Positions 60,089 to 64,000 of a stretch of 64,000 nt of DNA are shown one piece after another. The position numbers and the translations under genes were made by a program. The DNA is taken from NCBI GenBank assembly GCA_938004065.1, contig CALKWM010000039.1, forward strand, positions 1,313-65,312. The letters run 5' to 3'. This DNA is from an uncultured bacterium (GTDB taxonomy: Bacteria > Patescibacteriota > JAHJAL01). The notes beneath the pieces were generated by a model. That model saw only the letters and a list, made by a program, of their open reading frames with translations. It was not told where the DNA came from and did no database searches. Each line of letters begins with the position of its first letter. Positions within the stretch are counted from its first letter, which is position 1.

Positions 60089-60301
60089 ATGGCCAAAAAA
60101 CTGGTTCGATATTTGTTTAAAAATCTAATCGTAGTACTAGGATTGGTTTTGATGTGGCGGGGAGTTTGGTATGTGTTGGATGCGATCGATAAATGGCTTT
60201 TTGGCGGTAGTCATTTCTGGACCGGATTGATCGGTATCTTAGTCGGCCTATTGATCCTGTATTTACCTGACAAAAATTTGGACGAGATCAAGCGATTGTA
60301 A
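60089..60301 (+). CDS. Small 2-TM membrane protein
   Basis: LVLMWRGVWYVLD motif. Confidence 0.65.
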   Translation: MAKKLVRYLFKNLIVVLGLVLMWRGVWYVLDAIDKWLFGGSHFWTGLIGILVGLLILYLPDKNLDEIKRL

Positions 60302-60318
60302 TTTTGAATAAAATGGCT

Positions 60319-61710
60319 TTAGAAAATCTTGTTAACCAAAGTATAAGTGGCAAAGATACCGTAAAATACAAATATTGTCACGACCATAGCTTTGCGGATG
60401 ATACCGGCCTGCAATGCCGGTGGCAGCACTTTCCAATTCATCCAATTGACCATACCGACATGCACAAACATCGCGACCGCATTGATAACCGCGCCAACTA
60501 CCAGCAAAGTTTTCGGTTCGGTAAAATCAAAAGCAAACAGTATAATCCCGAACAAGATCTGGACCCACAAAAAGAAATAGTAAAGACAGGAAAGATTGAC
60601 CCGGCCCTCGGAGTGATTTTTGATAATAGTCAGCGCATAATTTTCCGACATAATCCGGGAAGTGGAATCGAGAACACCCAACTGAGTTTGCCAGAGCATG
60701 ACAGCAACCGCAATCATAAATAGACCTCCCCAGTGATTGCCGAGTAATTGTCCGATCATGCCGGCTTCGTTGATCACAAAATTGATGCTCTGATCATTGT
60801 CGGCCAGATTGTGAACGGTCACAAAACTCAAAACCATCAGCAGAATTATACTAAACGCTCCGATCATCCAGAATACAATAGCATGCTCCAAGTTTACTCT
60901 TTTCCACCATTCATAGAAACGGGCGAGGTTTTCTTTGGTCAAAACAAAATCTTGACCGGTCATTTTGATTTTCTGCTGGACAAGAGCGCCGTGAAACAGT
61001 CCGCCGATCTTCTGGGCGTATCTGGCCATACCATAACCTTTTTCCCGAATATAAATCGACTGGGTGAGATTGAGATTGCCTCCGGCGCCGGCATATGCAA
61101 AAGCTCCGAGAAATACTATCAAATCGATATTGTCGGGTAACCAGCGATAACCTTCCCCGATCCCGACCAGGCCTTTTGCCAGAGCCAACCAGTCGGCGGG
61201 AGTGGTGAGCATAAAAGCAAAGACCACCAGCATTGGTACTGCCAGTAAGATTATTAACTGGGTAACTTTTTCAATAATATCATAGATAGTTTTGCCAACA
61301 CTGAGGATAATGCCGATAACAATCAAACCGGCCATGGCGATCCATTTGAACTCACTAAAATCCAGATAGATCCCCAGCACTTTGGCGGAAGCGGCCATCA
61401 TTCCGGGTAAACCAAAACCGACAAAAGTGGATATGACAAACCACCATGGCGCCCAACGAAAAATTCTAACCAATCCGGAAAAAACCGATTCTCCTTTGGC
61501 CAGAGTGTATCGTTCGATCTCCATATTTATGAAAAACTGGAAGGTAATTCCCAAAACGGCGGCCCACGCCAAGCCCAGGCCGTAATTGGCTGATAAATAC
61601 GGCCAGAGTATCACTTCACCACTACCCAGACCCAGGGCCAGAATGATAAAACTGGGGCCGATCATTTTCCAGATACTGATCGGTTGGGGAAAAGGTTTGT
61701 TTTTTTTCAT
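60319..61710 (-). CDS. Nramp-like / APC-superfamily transporter
   Basis: IGPSFIILALGLGSGEVILWP, ERYTLAKGES and AYAGAGG. Confidence 0.8.
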   Translation of the reverse strand: MKKNKPFPQPISIWKMIGPSFIILALGLGSGEVILWPYLSANYGLGLAWAAVLGITFQFFINMEIERYTLAKGESVFSGLVRIFRWAPWWFVISTFVGFGLPGMMAASAKVLGIYLDFSEFKWIAMAGLIVIGIILSVGKTIYDIIEKVTQLIILLAVPMLVVFAFMLTTPADWLALAKGLVGIGEGYRWLPDNIDLIVFLGAFAYAGAGGNLNLTQSIYIREKGYGMARYAQKIGGLFHGALVQQKIKMTGQDFVLTKENLARFYEWWKRVNLEHAIVFWMIGAFSIILLMVLSFVTVHNLADNDQSINFVINEAGMIGQLLGNHWGGLFMIAVAVMLWQTQLGVLDSTSRIMSENYALTIIKNHSEGRVNLSCLYYFFLWVQILFGIILFAFDFTEPKTLLVVGAVINAVAMFVHVGMVNWMNWKVLPPALQAGIIRKAMVVTIFVFYGIFATYTLVNKIF

Positions 61711-61860
61711 AATTTGATTTGATTCTTTTACTACAATTTGATTGTACCATTGAAAAAAAATGAGGAAAAAAGACAATATTTTTTAGCTTACAATAAAAAG
61801 GTTACAATAGTGATATAAAACAATTATGTTTAATTTTTCTTTTCTTATACTAACAAATAT

Positions 61861-62796
61861 ATGAAAATTGTCCTGGATATTTTACTCATCGTTCTATTGT
61901 TTTCCGGTCTGTCTTGGTTGGCGGATATGGTGGTTAGATATGTAAAAAAAATTGCTACTGTTCTGCACTTACAAATGGTTACCGTCGGAATCATATTTGG
62001 ACTGATTACCACTCTGCCTGAATTGTCATTGGGCTTGAATGCAACAATTCAAGATGTCCCGACTTTGGCCGTGGGCAATCTGATCGGAGGAATGATTGTC
62101 ATGCTGTGCTTGATAACCGGAGCCAATATTATGATCAATCGATCAATTGTAACGGATGGAAATTTTCGAACCATTTTACCCAAAGCGCTGATAATTTTTT
62201 CACCGATTATTCTAGGTATAGATGGAAATTATTCTTTGTGGGACGGTCTGATCATGATTGGTCTGTATATCGGAATGATTTACTATATGTATGTCAGCAA
62301 GGCATTGACGACTATCCCCAAAAAACAAACGGTGAAAATTGAAGTCAATCAGCTGATCCGATCGGCTTTTTTGGTATTGATCGGGATGGTGGGAATTTTG
62401 TTGATTTCAGACTGGATAATCAATATCACATTGGAACTTTTAAATTATTTTAAAGTCAGTCAATTGGTGGTTGGATTATCAGTTTTTGCTATCGGGACCA
62501 ATTTGCCTGAAATTATAATCGCGCTAACCGCCTGGAAAAAGAAAACTCCTGATTTGTCCATTAGTCACGTAGTCAGTTCCGCCTTTACCAATGTGCTGGT
62601 TTTGGGACTATTGGCCAGCATGAAGCCGATTGACTTTTTTATCGATCTCGATTTCATGGTAATGGTATTATTTTTGCTTTTGGCCTTGCTATACTATATT
62701 TTGTTTTACCGGAGCGACAAAAAATTTATCTTCTCTGAAGGGGTTTTTCTTGTGGTAATTTATTTTCTGTTTATTATTGCTACCTTGATCAACTGA
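61861..62796 (+). CDS. Sodium/calcium exchanger (YrbG-like)
   Basis: Two alpha repeats TTLPE and GTNLPE. Confidence 0.8.
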   Translation: MKIVLDILLIVLLFSGLSWLADMVVRYVKKIATVLHLQMVTVGIIFGLITTLPELSLGLNATIQDVPTLAVGNLIGGMIVMLCLITGANIMINRSIVTDGNFRTILPKALIIFSPIILGIDGNYSLWDGLIMIGLYIGMIYYMYVSKALTTIPKKQTVKIEVNQLIRSAFLVLIGMVGILLISDWIINITLELLNYFKVSQLVVGLSVFAIGTNLPEIIIALTAWKKKTPDLSISHVVSSAFTNVLVLGLLASMKPIDFFIDLDFMVMVLFLLLALLYYILFYRSDKKFIFSEGVFLVVIYFLFIIATLIN

Positions 62797-62948
62797 TCCA
62801 TGAGCAAAGTCGTTTATTATGTTCCATATGAAAGTATTATCAGGTGAAATATATCTAAAGAATCTGTTATTATTGAAACATAGACAATATTTTGACAATT
62901 TATTTATATTCAAAATAACACTATTTATATTTCATAACGATCAATAAA

Positions 62949-63551
62949 ATGAAAAATTTCTTTTGGGTGCCGGTTTTGCTACTATTAATTTTCGCCGGAT
63001 GCGATTTAAACAAAATTAATACCAACCGGGAGGTAACAATGGGTAAAATGACCGAGTCCGAAGCTCAAGAGATAGCCGAAAAAACTTGCATCAAAGGTGG
63101 TGAGGCCTTGACTTCGGGGGGCACTTACAATCCCAATTCCAAAACCTGGTGGTTTGATGCCAATCTCAACTCCACTCAACCGGGATGCAATCCCGCCTGC
63201 GTGGTCAACGAAGCCACTAAAACCGCCGAAATCAACTGGCGTTGTACCGGTTTAATCGAACCGATTGAAACTGTGGATGGCGAATTGCCACCAATGGAAA
63301 TATTTACCAGATTGTTTGCGATCAAATACCCGGATCAAAATGACACAATTTCTGTCGAAGTAACCAACGTAACGGCCGATCACGCCCGGGGCAGTGTCAG
63401 TTTCGCCGACGGAATGGCCGGTGGTAATTGGCTGGCGGCCAAAACCGATGGAGAATGGCAAATTGTTTACGACGGCAATGGCGTTATTCCCTGCAGTTTG
63501 CAAACTGATTATGGATTTCCGGAAGAGATGCTGTCGGATTGTGCCGAATAA
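62949..63551 (+). CDS. Lipoprotein
   Basis: Lipobox FAGC; GCNPACVV..EINWRCTG. Confidence 0.7.
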   Translation: MKNFFWVPVLLLLIFAGCDLNKINTNREVTMGKMTESEAQEIAEKTCIKGGEALTSGGTYNPNSKTWWFDANLNSTQPGCNPACVVNEATKTAEINWRCTGLIEPIETVDGELPPMEIFTRLFAIKYPDQNDTISVEVTNVTADHARGSVSFADGMAGGNWLAAKTDGEWQIVYDGNGVIPCSLQTDYGFPEEMLSDCAE

Positions 63552-63632
63552 TTCACAGTATCAGTATTCCCCATATCTACCCCGCCTCTCTAGTTCTTAC
63601 ACTAGCACCGCTTTAGAATAAACAATATTTTA

Positions 63633-63694
63633 TGAGTAGTGCCAAATAGTTTTCTTATCTGTCATCCTTTTTCTTATTTACCTAGCACTTCTCA
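63633..63694 (+). mobile_element. Internally deleted MITE (62 bp; ends kept, palindromic core lost)
   Basis: TGAGTAGTGCC..TTCTTATCTGTCATCCT|TTTTCTTATT..TAGCACTTCTCA. Confidence 0.75.
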
Positions 63695-63741
63695 TTATTT
63701 TGTCAAAATATTTTTAAATTATTTTTATAAATCATCTCCGT

Positions 63742-64000
63742 ATGCCTAAACAAAAAAACGATATTGGGGTAATTGGTTTGTCGGTAATGGGCGCCAATCT
63801 GGCAATGAATATTGCCGATCATGGATTTTCTATCTCTGTTTACAATCGGTCTCGGGAAAAAACCGACAATCTATTGCGTGATTATCACCAAGATAATTTA
63901 ACTGCTTACTACTCACCAAATGAGTTTGTTGATAGTTTGTCCAACCCCAAAACTATTATTTTAATGATCGAAGCCGGCAATCCGGTCGATATGGTGATCG
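63742..64000 (+). CDS. gndA: 6-phosphogluconate dehydrogenase (NADP), truncated by the window end
   Basis: DIGVIGLSVMGANLAMNIADHGF..YNRS..IILMIEAG.PVD. Confidence 0.9.
   Translation, partial: MPKQKNDIGVIGLSVMGANLAMNIADHGFSISVYNRSREKTDNLLRDYHQDNLTAYYSPNEFVDSLSNPKTIILMIEAGNPVDMVI

Noticed and set aside
35000..62000. Apparent GC-skew change suggesting a replication origin or terminus
   Set aside because: By eye the skew is patchy and follows individual acquired genes; there is no dnaA or DnaA-box cluster. It would need computation.
36000..63700. Integron cassette array
   Set aside because: No integrase, genes lie in both orientations, and the interspersed palindromes have MITE ends rather than attC RYYYAAC/GTTRRRY boxes.
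1..64000. CRISPR array / cas genes, DGR or retron
   Set aside because: No regularly spaced repeats with unique spacers, no reverse-transcriptase motifs, and no template/variable repeat pair differing only at adenines. The tspO and MazG duplicates differ at all base types.
1..64000. Alternative genetic code (UGA=Gly) or stop-codon reassignment
   Set aside because: Long conserved genes have no internal TGA, msrA and arsM end in TGA at their normal ends, and the few in-frame stops are of mixed types.

Overview
AT-rich bacterial DNA read in genetic code 11. Several features point to a Patescibacteria/CPR genome (inference): few Shine-Dalgarno sites on core genes, heptamer intergenic repeats, TCCGCC-N3-GGCGGA micro-palindromes and an archaeal-type TyrRS. 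The left part (1-35 kb) holds rlmN with in-frame palindromic insertions, two convergent promoter-driven structured ncRNA candidates, and a 12-kb surface-glycan locus. That locus contains a processive GT2 fused to a large extracellular region ending in a PEF-CTERM-like sorting signal, a dedicated exosortase, two GT-C-like membrane proteins, a methyltransferase and a polyprenol-P-mannose synthase. The left part also has a T-box-controlled operon of an archaeal-type tRNA-Tyr (C1:G72, short variable loop) plus TyrRS, a split histidine kinase, a Pif1-like helicase and typA. The right part (35-64 kb) is an accessory hot spot. It has two NYN/PIN RNase genes, each overlapped at the 3' end by an identically positioned antisense promoter and hairpin sRNA, duplicated MazG-like genes, a complete IS1595 with TIRs and an 8-bp TSD, a decaying restriction-modification island, msrBA, arsM, other stress genes and the start of gndA. 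A MITE family with nested palindromes is scattered through the window. All product calls come from motif recognition; no database search was run.
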